A stretch of DNA of 64,000 bases, taken from NCBI RefSeq assembly GCF_000142905.1, contig NW_013657670.1, positions 514,411-578,410 of the forward strand, read 5' to 3'. The stretch's first letter is position 1, and every line of letters begins with the position of its first letter. The position numbers were made by a program, and so were the translations under genes. The DNA is from Thecamonas trahens ATCC 50062. Its lineage: Eukaryota > Protista > Apusomonadida. The notes under the pieces are model-generated. The model saw only the letters and a program-made list of their open reading frames with translations. It was not told the DNA's origin and ran no database searches. This document shows positions 12,592-23,177 of this stretch, piece by piece.

Positions 12592-12865
12592 ACCACGGTA
12601 CGCACTTGGTGGTGGTGGGGGGTGGGGGTGTACTTGGTGGGCGGGGTGGTGTTCGGGGTTGGTGGGTTTGGTGTATGTGGCGGTGGGTGGGATGTGGGGC
12701 GGTGAGGTGCGGTGTGGCGACGGTGGCGGGTGTCGCCGTTGTGCCGTTGCCCGCCCAACGAACGACCGAGTTCGTACTCGACGGATGGACAGTGCGGTGT
12801 GAGGGGGGGGGGGGGGGGAGGGGGGTACTTTTTACGGGATAGCGCCTTCAGCCAAGTACAGTTGG

Positions 12866-12932
12866 TTGCCTGCTCTGCCTGCTCTGCCTGTTCTGCCTGC
12901 TCTGGTTACTCTGCCTGCTCTGCTTGATCTGC
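12866..12932. repeat. 9-bp minisatellite (CTCTGCCTG)n immediately 3' of the RSPH stop codon
   Basis: About 7 imperfect copies are visible. Confidence 0.7.
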
Positions 12933-14279
12933 TTAGCGATCGTCCGAATACATCTCCGAACCCGAGGCGTAGGAGACGTCGTCGTCCTCGCCGCGGAGAA
13001 GGGCATCGCGCTCGTCAGTGGCGTCTGCGCGCTCGACAATGTCGTCGCCGGCGTACTCAGCGGCAGGCTGCGGCGGCGGCTGCGGGGGCGGCTGCGGGGT
13101 AAAGTGGGTCGGCTGGTACTTTTGGCCGTAGCCGACGTAGATGCAGGCGGAGGAGCGGCCGTTGGCGTAGGCGTAGGCACCCGGCCAGCGGTTCGACTGC
13201 ATGAGAATGGTGGCGTAGCGGGTGGCAACAGCGGAGGAGTAGCGAACCGACCATGCCGGGAAGGCCCCGATAGGCTCGTCATCGGCGAGCGGGGTAAGGA
13301 GCGGCGGGCCAAACTCGGGCTCGGGCGCGTTGGCGGAGAGCATCGACTCCTCGTCAAACTCCGACTCGTCGCGCGAGGCGTCATCGCGAGGCGGCTCCCA
13401 CCAGAAGCAGCGGCCCTGCGGGAGAATGAAGCGCTCGCGGTGGATCCAGCCGGCCGGCTCGCCGATCTCCTCGTTGTCTGCGACGTTAAAGTCCATGTTG
13501 GAGACGACCGAGACGTTGTCGTCATCCTCGCCGCCGTCGAGCGACTCGAGCTCGGCGGGGTCGACGTAGCGGCCGGCGGGAGCAACGGCGGTGGCGGCGA
13601 CAATGCGGGCAATCTGGGCCCGGAGGTAGTTCTTCTCAGTGCCTGGGAACGGCGGGTACGACTCGACCGGGGCGTCGAGCGAGCCGGTGAAGAACTTGGT
13701 GATGGCGCGGGCAGCCACAATCTGCTTGGGCGTCACGTCTGGCAGCTTGGTCCACTCGCCGCCCGGGAAGGAGCACACAAAGTACGCGTACTTGTTTGCT
13801 CCCTCAAACTCTTCCATAGGCGGCTGTGGCGGCGCCTTGTGCTGCGAGGCCGGCGGGACAAAACCGTCACCACCAGCCTCGCCAGGCTGGCCGTCGGCGG
13901 CGCGGCCACCGCGAGCCGAGTAGTCGCCGTCGTACTCGTCGTAGCCCGAGTCTGCGGCCCGTGCGTCGGCGGCGGCGCCCTCAGGGGCATCAAACGGCCG
14001 CTCGCCGTCCTTGTACACTGCCTCGACGACATAGTACGGGGCCTTGAGGCCGTAGATCTTGCCAAAGAAACGGATCCGCTCCAACGGGTGCGACTCAACA
14101 AGCTTCTGCATGGCGAGCATGACCTTGTACATCTCCATCCGCCCGAGCGAGATACCGCACTCTTCAAACCGCCCAGCATCCGCCATGACATCCGGCATAA
14201 AGCCCTCGTTAAACTCACGCGACGACGCATCATCGTAGCCATCATCATCGTCAGCAGTGACCGTCACCCGATTGGGATC
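12933..14279 (-). CDS. RSPH4A: Radial spoke head protein 4/6 homolog; 5' exon(s) not resolvable
   Basis: RFFGKIYGLKAPYYVVEA, WTKLPDVTPKQIVAARAITKFFTG, ESYPPFPGTEKNYLRAQIARI and SNRWPGA. Probable acceptor TTTAG at 14280. Upstream sequence is noisy and then gapped. Confidence 0.88.
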   Translation of the reverse strand, partial: DPNRVTVTADDDDGYDDASSREFNEGFMPDVMADAGRFEECGISLGRMEMYKVMLAMQKLVESHPLERIRFFGKIYGLKAPYYVVEAVYKDGERPFDAPEGAAADARAADSGYDEYDGDYSARGGRAADGQPGEAGGDGFVPPASQHKAPPQPPMEEFEGANKYAYFVCSFPGGEWTKLPDVTPKQIVAARAITKFFTGSLDAPVESYPPFPGTEKNYLRAQIARIVAATAVAPAGRYVDPAELESLDGGEDDDNVSVVSNMDFNVADNEEIGEPAGWIHRERFILPQGRCFWWEPPRDDASRDESEFDEESMLSANAPEPEFGPPLLTPLADDEPIGAFPAWSVRYSSAVATRYATILMQSNRWPGAYAYANGRSSACIYVGYGQKYQPTHFTPQPPPQPPPQPAAEYAGDDIVERADATDERDALLRGEDDDVSYASGSEMYSDDR

Positions 14280-14657
14280 CTAAACTCGGCCACATACGCC
14301 GTCATCAACCACGAGTGTGTGAGTTGCATGCCAGGGGGTGCTTGGCGGGGGGAGGGGGGGAGAAGGGGGGGGGGGGAGGGAGGGGGAGGGGGAGGAGGAC
14401 CACGTCAGGTAGCGAGAGGGTAGAACAGCAAGTAGCAAGTCCAAGTCGGTATATCCTTGGTAGGGGCTCGGTATGCGCTTGGTAGTCCTTGGTATGGTAG
14501 TGGTGGTTGTGGTGGGGATGGTGGTGGTGGTGGTAGTGGTGGTAGTGGTGGTGGTGGGGGTGGGGACTGAGCCGTTTTTTGGGACGATTCGTTGGGGGAA
14601 TGGCGTGGAGGAGGGAAAACGGGTTTAGGTAATTACTAAACCCTTTACCGGTTTCCG

Positions 14658-14757
14658 NNNNNNNNNNNNNNNNNNNNNNNNNNNNNNNNNNNNNNNNNNN
14701 NNNNNNNNNNNNNNNNNNNNNNNNNNNNNNNNNNNNNNNNNNNNNNNNNNNNNNNNN
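14658..14757. other. Assembly gap (100 N)
   Basis: Run of N. Confidence 1.
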
Positions 14758-14914
14758 TGATCAGTCCCCAGATAGTATGATTGGCGAGGCCTTTGCTGCT
14801 GCTGCCCCCCCCCCCCCTCCCACCTTGCCGCCCCGGGGGGCCAATGGCCAGCCGACAGACGCTTCACGAGCCGATAGCCGACGGGCGGGACACCTTACTA
14901 ACCTCCAACTACCA

Positions 14915-16561
14915 ATGCTGCGCGTGACTCGTAGTAGTCTGACCGCTCCTGTGGCCACTGCCCTCCGTGCCCTTGTACGTATGATTAGTATCCGTGGTAG
15001 TGGTGGTGGTGGTGCGTGTGGGAAGGGGTTGTTGGTGGTGGTGCGCGTGGTGGTGGGGTGGGCGTGGCGGTGGGTGTGGGTGTGGGGGGTGATCGGGTCG
15101 TGGTCTTGGACGGTGGCCTCTTTCAATTTTTGGCTGTTCATCTTGGACCGACACCTATAATGGGCAGACAAGGTGACCGGGAGTGGAAGGGGGAGTGGAA
15201 GGAGGGGGGGGGACGACACTTATGAGAAGAGCTTGTGGGTATGGATGTGGACATGGATGTGGGGTTGGCAGACTGCTCGGGCTGGAACTCGTGCTGGTGT
15301 GAATGGGCTCAAGTCTGCCGAGGTCTTCTCGGCTGCGGCTGGAGCAGGCGGCGCGTCGTCGGTGCTGGGCCGGATGGCTGGCCAGTCGACGATGGCTATG
15401 GGCACCATTGGTGCTCGTGGGTATGCGTCCGAGGCTGTGATGACGGTGGACACACCCGAAATGGGCGACTCCATCTCGTCGGGCACCGTGGCCGACTGGG
15501 AGAAGGGTGTCGGCGACTATGTCGAGGCCGACGAGGTGGTGTGCATGATCAACACCGACAAGATCGCTGTGCCTATCACCGCGCCGCAGGCGGGTGTCAT
15601 CACTGAGATCCTGGTTGACGAGGACGAGGAGGCCGAGGTCGGCACTCCGCTGTACAAGCTCGACACCGCGGCGTCTGCGCCTGAGGCCAAGGCCGACTCG
15701 GCCGAGGAGCCCGCAGCCGAGGCCAAGGAGGAGGCCAAGGAGGAGGCTGCGCCGGCCAAGGAAGAGAAGCCTGCGGCAGCCAAGGAGACCAAGGCTGCGG
15801 CCAAGCCTGCGGCGGCCAAGCCTGCGGCGGCCAAGCCTGCAGCCAAGACCATGACTGGGGCGCGGACCGAGACCCGAGTCAAGATGACGCGGATGCGGCA
15901 GACCATTGCGGCGCGGCTCAAGGAGTCGCAGAACACGGCGGCGCTGCTGACCACGTTCCAGGAGATCGACATGACCGAGCTTATGGCGCTGCGCAAGAAG
16001 CACCAGGAGGCGTTTGTGGCCAAGCACGGCGTCAAGCTCGGCTTCATGTCGCCATTCATCAAGGCGTCGGCCAAGGCGCTGCAGGAGGTGCCGGCCATCA
16101 ACGCGGTCATCGACGAGACCGACGTCGTCTACCGTGACTACGTCGACATCTCGGTCGCCGTCGCCACTCCCAACGGCCTTGTCGTCCCCGTCGTCCGCAA
16201 CGCCGAGTCGCTCTCGTTTGCCGACGCCGAGCACGAGCTCGCCCGCCTCGCCGCCAAGGCCCGCGAGAACCAGATCTCGCTCGACGACATGGCCGGCGGC
16301 ACCTTTACCATCTCCAACGGTGGTGTCTACGGCAGCTTGCTCGGCACCCCCATCCTCCAGTCCGGCCAGTCGGCCGTCCTCGGCATGCACGGCGTCTTCC
16401 CGCGCCTCCGCGAGGTCGACGGCGAGTTTGTCAAGCGCTCCATCATGATTGCCGCCCTCACCTACGACCATCGCCTCGTCGACGGCCGTGAGGCTGCCAC
16501 CTTCCTCCGCACTGTCAAGCAGGGCATCGAGGACCCGACCTCGCTTCTCTTCGACCTGTAA
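14915..16561 (+). CDS. DLST: 2-oxoglutarate dehydrogenase E2 (dihydrolipoyl succinyltransferase); join(14915..14974,15272..16561)
   Basis: Exon 1 is a mitochondrial-leader-like MLRVTRSSLTAPVATALRAL, followed by an in-phase GTACGT...CAG intron. Lipoyl TDK motif, RMRQTIAARLKESQNTAALLTTF, GGTFTISNGG and DHRLVDG. Confidence 0.93.
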
Positions 16562-17381
16562 AACCCTTCGAGCCTGCTCCCGCCACACCAAGATCGCCCC
16601 CCTGCTCTCGACGTCGACCACTTGTCTCTCGACCAGCACTCAGAATGGGGTGCGGCGGGTCAAAGTCTGCCGGAGAGCGGTCAACGAAGAATAAGCCCAA
16701 GCGAAAGCTAGAAAAACTAGACGTCAAACTTCCTGAAATCAAGGTATGTATGTCACACCCTTCCCCCACCTCTGAGTAGCTTACTACATGTACTTTACCA
16801 TGCTGCAATCGCCGTCTCCATCCGCCAAGCCACGCTCTCTATCGAGACTCTTTCCGTCCCCTTCCCTCCCCTCCCTCCTGCCGCGCAAATTGAGTGTTCG
16901 CTCGTCAACGAACGTTATGCGCCAGTCGATGATGCTGACATGATGGACACCTCCGTTCCCACCACCACCACCACCGCCATGGGCATACCACTACATGCCA
17001 CCTACACACCATATGCAGGTCGCCTACCCTGCCCCACTCTCCCACACCTCCCACTTGCTCGTCTCGACTTCTGCACCCCCCTCCCCCCTCTGCCACAGCC
17101 AACTGCCCTCGTCGCCCGCTCCTGGTTCATGGGCGGTTCGTCGTCGGCGGGTATGACGAGAACGGCGTCGTCATTGGGCAAGCTGTTTGGCTGTGGTGGG
17201 AGCAAGGACGTAGGGGAGGTGAGGGTATGGTCATCGGGTGCAGGATGTGGCTGGGCCTGGAATTGAGTTGATGGTGGCGGGCATGGCTCGCCTCCCGCCT
17301 GGAGCGTGGCTGGAGTGTGGCTGGAGGCTGGCTCGGCATGCGGGTCATACTCACTCCTTGATGGATGGTTGGGATTTGTAG

Positions 17382-17756
17382 AAAGGCAAGGTCAAGACTA
17401 CGTACGGTGATGATCTGGATGTGGACGCTCTGGAAGCGCGCGCAGCCGAGGAGGCTGCGTCGCAGCTGAAGGATCTCAAAAAGGCCAAGAAGCGCGCACC
17501 TGCTGCGCCAGCGCCCGAGCCGGTCGGCTCGTGGTCGTCGCTCTCATCGGCGTCGGACAAGGGCGAGAAAAAGTCCAAGGCGGCCGTCATCGAGTTTACT
17601 GAAGCCGAGCTGGACGCCCTCGAGAAAAAGGGCCAGTCTGAGGCCAAGGCTGCGCTCCGTGGCGGCGGCAAGGGTGGTGGCAAGGGCCGCGGCAAGGGTC
17701 GTGCTGGCGGCCGGTCCGGCGGCCGCGGGCGTGGCCGGGCCAAGGGCCGGCGATGA
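17382..17756 (+). CDS. Last exon of a small basic hypothetical protein with RGG/GR-rich tail
   Basis: Acceptor TAG at 17379-17381, then KGKVKTTYGDDLDVDALE...GGRGRGRAKGRR*. Upstream exon(s) probably lie within 16900-17220 but are not resolved. Confidence 0.5.
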   Translation, partial: KGKVKTTYGDDLDVDALEARAAEEAASQLKDLKKAKKRAPAAPAPEPVGSWSSLSSASDKGEKKSKAAVIEFTEAELDALEKKGQSEAKAALRGGGKGGGKGRGKGRAGGRSGGRGRGRAKGRR

Positions 17757-17811
17757 ACAAATGCAAGGGGAGTGAGAAGCGGACATACACAGCATGCAGC
17801 GCGCACTGGAT

Positions 17812-19780
17812 TTAGTACAGAAGATCGCGGAAAGCGGCCTGGATGGCCTCGTTGAGCGCCTGGAGGCGGGCGACGACGACCTCCTCGCCGTCGGACGGCT
17901 CCTCAAACTTCATCTGGGTGAGCTCGTAGATGATGGTGTCGCCCATGGCGGCCTTGATGGCCGAGAGAGTAACCTTGGACGACGAGTCGCGCGAAGCCTC
18001 AACGGCGTTCTGCGCGAGATCGTGGAAGGTCACGATGTTGCGCATCATCCACACGGTCTTGTAGAACGGGCAGAACTGGTCGTACGTCGAGAAACCGTTC
18101 TGCTGCAGGTAGTCGTCGATGATGAGCTGAGCAACCTCGAGCACAATCTTCTCCGGCTCGCCAAGCGCGTCGGGCCCGACAAGCTGCACGTACTGGGCGA
18201 GCTTCTCCTGCTGCTGCAGGATCTTGCCGACCTTGGCGCGGAGCGCAACAAAGTCGGGGTAGTTGGCCTCATACCATGGCTCGAGCGCGTCCTTGTAGTT
18301 GGAGTACGACTTGGTCCAGTTGACCGAGGGAAAGTGCTTACGCTGCGCAAGCGACTTGTCGAGGCCCCAGAAGCACTGCACAATGGCAAGGGTCGCCGAC
18401 GTGACCGGATCGGAGAAATCTCCGCCAGGCGGCGAGACGGCGCCGACAATCGAGACAGAGCCCGTCCGCGACGGCGAGCCCAGACAGTTGACACGCCCGC
18501 CGCGCTCGTAGAACGACGCGAGCCGCGCCCCAAGGTAGGCGGGGTACCCCGAGTCGGCTGGCATCTCCGCCAGCCGGCCCGAAATCTCACGCAGCGCCTC
18601 GGCCCAACGCGACGTCGAGTCGGCCATCATCGACACGTTGTATCCCTGGTCGCGGAAGTACTCTGAGAGCGTGATGCCGGTGTAGATCGATGCCTCACGC
18701 GCTGCCACTGGCATGTTCGACGTGTTCGCCACAAGCGTAGTCCGCTTCATGATCGACTCCTCCACTCCGGCAAAGTTGGCCTTGAGCTCCGGGAAGTCCT
18801 TGAGCACCTCGGCCATCTCGTTGCCGCGCTCGCCGCTGCATCACCGCCCCGCCGAACGCCCGTCACACCGCCATGCTTGTGGTCAGTCACACTCGGAACA
18901 CATCCCCCTTGTCATCACACAAACAGACACACACACACACACACACACACACGCATCACACACACACACACACTTACCAGCCGACGTAGATGATGACGTC
19001 CGAGTTGGAAAACTTGGACAGCGCCTGCGAAATAACGGTCTTGCCGCAGCCGAAAGCGCCAGGAATGGCACAGGTCCCGCCCTGGACGACCGGGAACAGG
19101 CCGTCGAGCACCCGCTGCCCGGTCAGCAGCGGCGAGTTGCCCGAGAGCTTTTCGGCCACCGGGCGAGGGTTACGCACCGGCCACGTGTGCATCATGGTAA
19201 ACTGCTTGGTCTCGCCCTCAAACTCGAGCTCGAGCACCACGTCCTCGAGCGAGTACGAGCCCGGCTCGGCGACGTACGTCACCGTGCCCATTGCCCGCGG
19301 CGGGAGCATGATCTTGTGGTTGACGAGCGACGACTCAAAGACCGAGCCGTAGATGTCGCCGCCGGTGAGGTGCGAGCCGACAGCGATGCCGTCGCCAAGC
19401 GAAAACTCCCACTGCCGCTGCCGGTCGAGCCCGGGCACGTTGACGCCGCGCGGAATGTAGATCGACTGCGTCATCTCTGCAATCGTCTCCAGCGGGCGCT
19501 GGATGCCGTCAAAGATGTTGTCCATGATACCCGGGCCGAGCTCGACCGAGAGCGGCTTGCCAGTCTTGAGGATCGGATCGCCGACCGTGAGGCCCGACGT
19601 CTCCTCGTACACCTGAATCGTCGCCGTATCGCCCTCCAGCCGAATGATCTCTCCCACCAGATTGTCGTGACCAACACGAACGAGCTCGTACATGGCCGCC
19701 CCGTGCATTTCCTCAGCCACCACCACCGGGCCGGACACCGACCGAATGATACCGTACTCGGACTCCTTCTCATCCTCCAT
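17812..19780 (-). CDS. ATP6V1A: V-type H+-ATPase catalytic subunit A; complement(join(17812..18835,18978..19780))
   Basis: VSGPVV, P-loop GAFGCGKT, spliced [28 protein letters not shown] and [11 protein letters not shown]. The intron is 142 nt, GTAAGT...CAG. Confidence 0.97.
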
Positions 19781-20329
19781 GGACTTGATCAGCGCACGCG
19801 CATTCTGAAGAGCCTATCCTCGTGCATAGCCATCACCCCCATCCCCGCACACCCCACAGTCCATCCATCCAACCAACCACACACACACACGCACACACAC
19901 CTATGAGTACACCACCCCTCCCCGTCGCCGTCCCTTCTCCCGTCTCGGTCGGTCAAAAATCGTCCGTCCGCCCACTACCTCGAGTGGTCACACCCGCCCA
20001 CCAAAGTCATGAAGGAGGACTCTGAGACAAGCCAAGACTGGCTACACATGGTCAGACAACAATGCCGGTTGTCTTCATCCCGTTCTTCCCGCCGTCTTTC
20101 TGCTCCGTACACCAGCCATGTTGGTAGTCTTGCCTCCTTACAGCGCAAGTCACGTGTGACTGCACTCGCTCAACCAAAGCCATCCCCTCAACCAAAGAAC
20201 GTGTTGATGACGGCTCGGCCCGCTCACCCTCGGTCACGCGACGACGCGTTCATGCTGACAGGTAGGCAGTGCCTTTGGGATCGATGCATGTGACATGTCA
20301 TCATCAAAGTGGATGGGCGGCGGTGACTA

Positions 20330-20742
20330 CGAGCTGCTCTGCTTACTATGGGCCCACGACCCGCCATGACTCGCGTGGCTTTTGTCTACGGCGTCATCGA
20401 CGCCCTCTCCCCCAGCACCAACGCCGTCAGCTCCGCGCCATCGCGCAAGCGGAAGCGTCCCTCTGCAGCGGCTGCTCGTCACCACCACTTCCCCAAGAAA
20501 GCCGCCATGCGACGCGATTGCCTCGACTGCCGGAAGCTTCATTGTAGTCGATCACGGCTGCGGACCTTTTGCGCCGCGTGTGGCGTCCATCTCTGCATCA
20601 CCGACTGTGTTCTGTTGTGGCAGCCAATAACACACTGTACTACTCTTTTACAACAATCCATGGACGTTGAGCGTCGCGGAGCGCGGCGGAGCGCGGCTTG
20701 CGCGATGGACAGATTTGTCCATTCCGTACCGTAAAGGGTAAA
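20330..20742 (+). mobile_element. Degenerate piggyBac-like transposon 3' fragment
   Basis: Encodes HFP...RRDCLDC...RTFCAACGVHLCITDC, like the piggyBac C-terminal cysteine-rich domain. It is followed by AAAGGG-TAAA at 20733-20742, resembling the GGG-TTAA end. Confidence 0.6.
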
Positions 20743-20750
20743 GGCGATAC

Positions 20751-22288
20751 TTAGAAGCTCACAAGCGAGTGGATGCCACCCTCCTGCTGCGCAGCCGGCG
20801 AGCGGATCTCAAGCCGATCTCAAGCCGGAGCTTGCCGGACCAGAGCGCGTCGCGGAGCTCGGTGATGGAGCGGACGCCGATGTCCTGCAGGCCGTGGAGA
20901 ATGCCCTTGCGGAGGTAAGGGACGTAGAGCGAGATGGAGCCCTTGTCCTGGACCGAACCGACGACGCCCTGCGCGACCTTGATCGAGTCGGCCTCGGAAA
21001 AGTAGCGGTTGTCCGAGCCCTTGGTCATGGCCTCGATGGATCCCATGCCGCGGTACTTCTTGACCCGGACGCCGTCGTGGTAAAAGTACTCGCCCGGCGC
21101 CTCCTCGGTGCCGGCAAGCATCGAGCCCATCATGACAGTCGATGCGCCCATGGAGAGCGCCTTTGTGATGTGCCCGACCGACCGGATGCCGCCGTCGGCA
21201 ATGACCGGAATGCCAAACTGAGCCGCGTACTTGGCAACCTTGTACACAGCCGTCGCCTGGGCCCGCCCCACAGCCATGACCTCCTGGGTGGTGCAGATGG
21301 AGCCGACCCCCATGCCGATGCGGAGGCCGTCGACGCCGGCCTCAATCAGCGCCTTGGCCTGCGGCACAGTAACAATGTTGCCGCCGATGACGTCCACGGT
21401 CGGGAAACTCTCCTTGAGGTGTGCAATCATCTCGAGCTGGTAAATCGACGACCCGTTCGACGAGTCGATGACAATGACGTCCACGCCCGCCGCAATCAGC
21501 GCCGCCGCCCGGTCACGGTCTGCCGGCCGAGTCCCGATCGCCGCGCCCACCAGCAGCGACTTGGTCTCGTGGTCGACGGACGCGTTCGGGTAGTCGCGCC
21601 ACGTCTTGAGGTCATGCCGCGAGACAAGACCCACAAGGTGGCCGTCGCTGTCCACAATTGGCAGCTTGCCGATCTTCTTGGCCTTGAGCAGCGCGTTCGC
21701 CTCGGCCAGCGCCACGCCCTCGGGCGCAGTCACAAGATCCGTCGTCATGACCTCAGACAGCGGCGTCTCCACGTCCTCCACAAAGTCAATGTCGCGGTTG
21801 GTCACGATGCCCACCACCACGCCGCCCATCGCCCCGGTGTCGGTGATCGGGATGCCGGTAAAGCCGCGCGCGGCCTTGATCTCCAGCACGTCACGGATGG
21901 TGGCGTCCGGCTTGAGGCAGACCGGATCGGTGATGAACCCGTTCTTAAACCGCTTGACAGCCTTGACCATCGCCACCTGCTCCTCCACCGAGTTGTTCGA
22001 GTGCAGAATGCCGATGCCGCCCTGCAGCGCCATCCCGATCGCCATCCGCGCTTCGGTCACCGTATCCATCGGCGACGAGACCAGCGGCGCCGAGAGCGTG
22101 ATGTTCCGCGAGAGCTGTGCCTCGATCGAGACCTCCTCCACGCCAAACCCGATGTGTCCCGGCATCAGAATAATGTCCTCATACGTGTACCCGGTCCCGC
22201 GGTTCTTGACAAACAGCTCATGCGCCGAGAAGCCGTCGACCCACTCGTCAGACTCGATGTCGATCTTGTCCATGTTCATCGCCGCCAT
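20751..22288 (-). CDS. IMPDH: Inosine-5'-monophosphate dehydrogenase (11-bp duplication frameshifts the C-terminus)
   Basis: [12 protein letters not shown] pair, catalytic loop [18 protein letters not shown] and YRGMGS. Removing one copy of the 11-mer at 20806-20827 restores [17 protein letters not shown] with stop at 20751. Confidence 0.95.
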
Positions 22289-23177
22289 GTTCTGCACGCC
22301 ACTCGACCACGAACGTTCCGTCAGTCCGTCAGTCAACACCGCAGCCCCTCCCATCTCCATCTCCCATCAAATCAAGCTGCCCGATCTGCCATCCGTCCGT
22401 TGCTTGTGGTTCGCCATTCCACCGTCCGTCACCAGAGAATCTACCTCATCCCTCCCCGCCGCCGCCTCCCCACCACCACCACACAAAACCACATGCATGG
22501 ATTGCCCCTCCTCCCCCCTCCATACCACGTACTTGGTCTCCTCCGGAAGTTTGGTTGTCCCTAAGTGGAGTGCCAACAATGTCGGTCATGGTAGGGCCCT
22601 GGTTGGCAGGCAACGTCTGGTGGCCGTCGGATGATGACGACCATGACATGGCAATTTGCGGGTGGCGAGCGCGGCAGGCGATGGCACGCCAGTTGCTCAC
22701 GACAGTTGTCATGGCTCTGCATGTACGAGATCGGGGAAATGCAGCTTGTTAAAGTCATGATGAGCCGGCCTTTCGCCTCTGATTGCTTTTCTCGATACTA
22801 CCTCCCCACTTTTGGCATGCCGATCTCAGCTCATGGCTCTATATCCCTGCTCCTGCTTTCCTCGCACCTCGGCCTATGCACGCATCGCACGCGCCAAGGA
22901 GGTAACGCTGCAATCAGGCCACAGACACTCTTCGACGACCACCGCCACCATAGCCACCATCTATTCCTTGCCCACCATGACAAACACAACGCCATTGCCC
23001 TAGCAGCTCTCCCTCCCGGCCAACCTCCATCATCGCAGCAGCACACGTGACATTGCCTGCAGGCTGTGGGCACAAAGGCCCAGCAGCGGCAATGGGGAAG
23101 CGGCAGGCCGACCCAGCCACACCCAGCCACCCAGCCACAGCCACACCTCACTAACTTTTGCACTCCAAGTCTTTTGC

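Noticed and set aside
14615-14657. Near-perfect palindrome GGGTTTAG-GTAATTA-CTAAACCC, resembling a telomere fusion or hairpin
   Set aside because: It matches, with inserted bases, the 454 FLX paired-end linker as I recall it (GAAAGGGTTTGAATTCAAACCCTTTCGGTTCC) and sits at a contig end beside a gap. Most likely an untrimmed artefact. The sequence from about 14300 to 14657 is probably low quality.
18836-18977. Intein or homing endonuclease in V-ATPase A
   Set aside because: The insert is 142 nt (not a multiple of 3), has GT-AG ends and a (CA)n tract. It is a spliceosomal intron.
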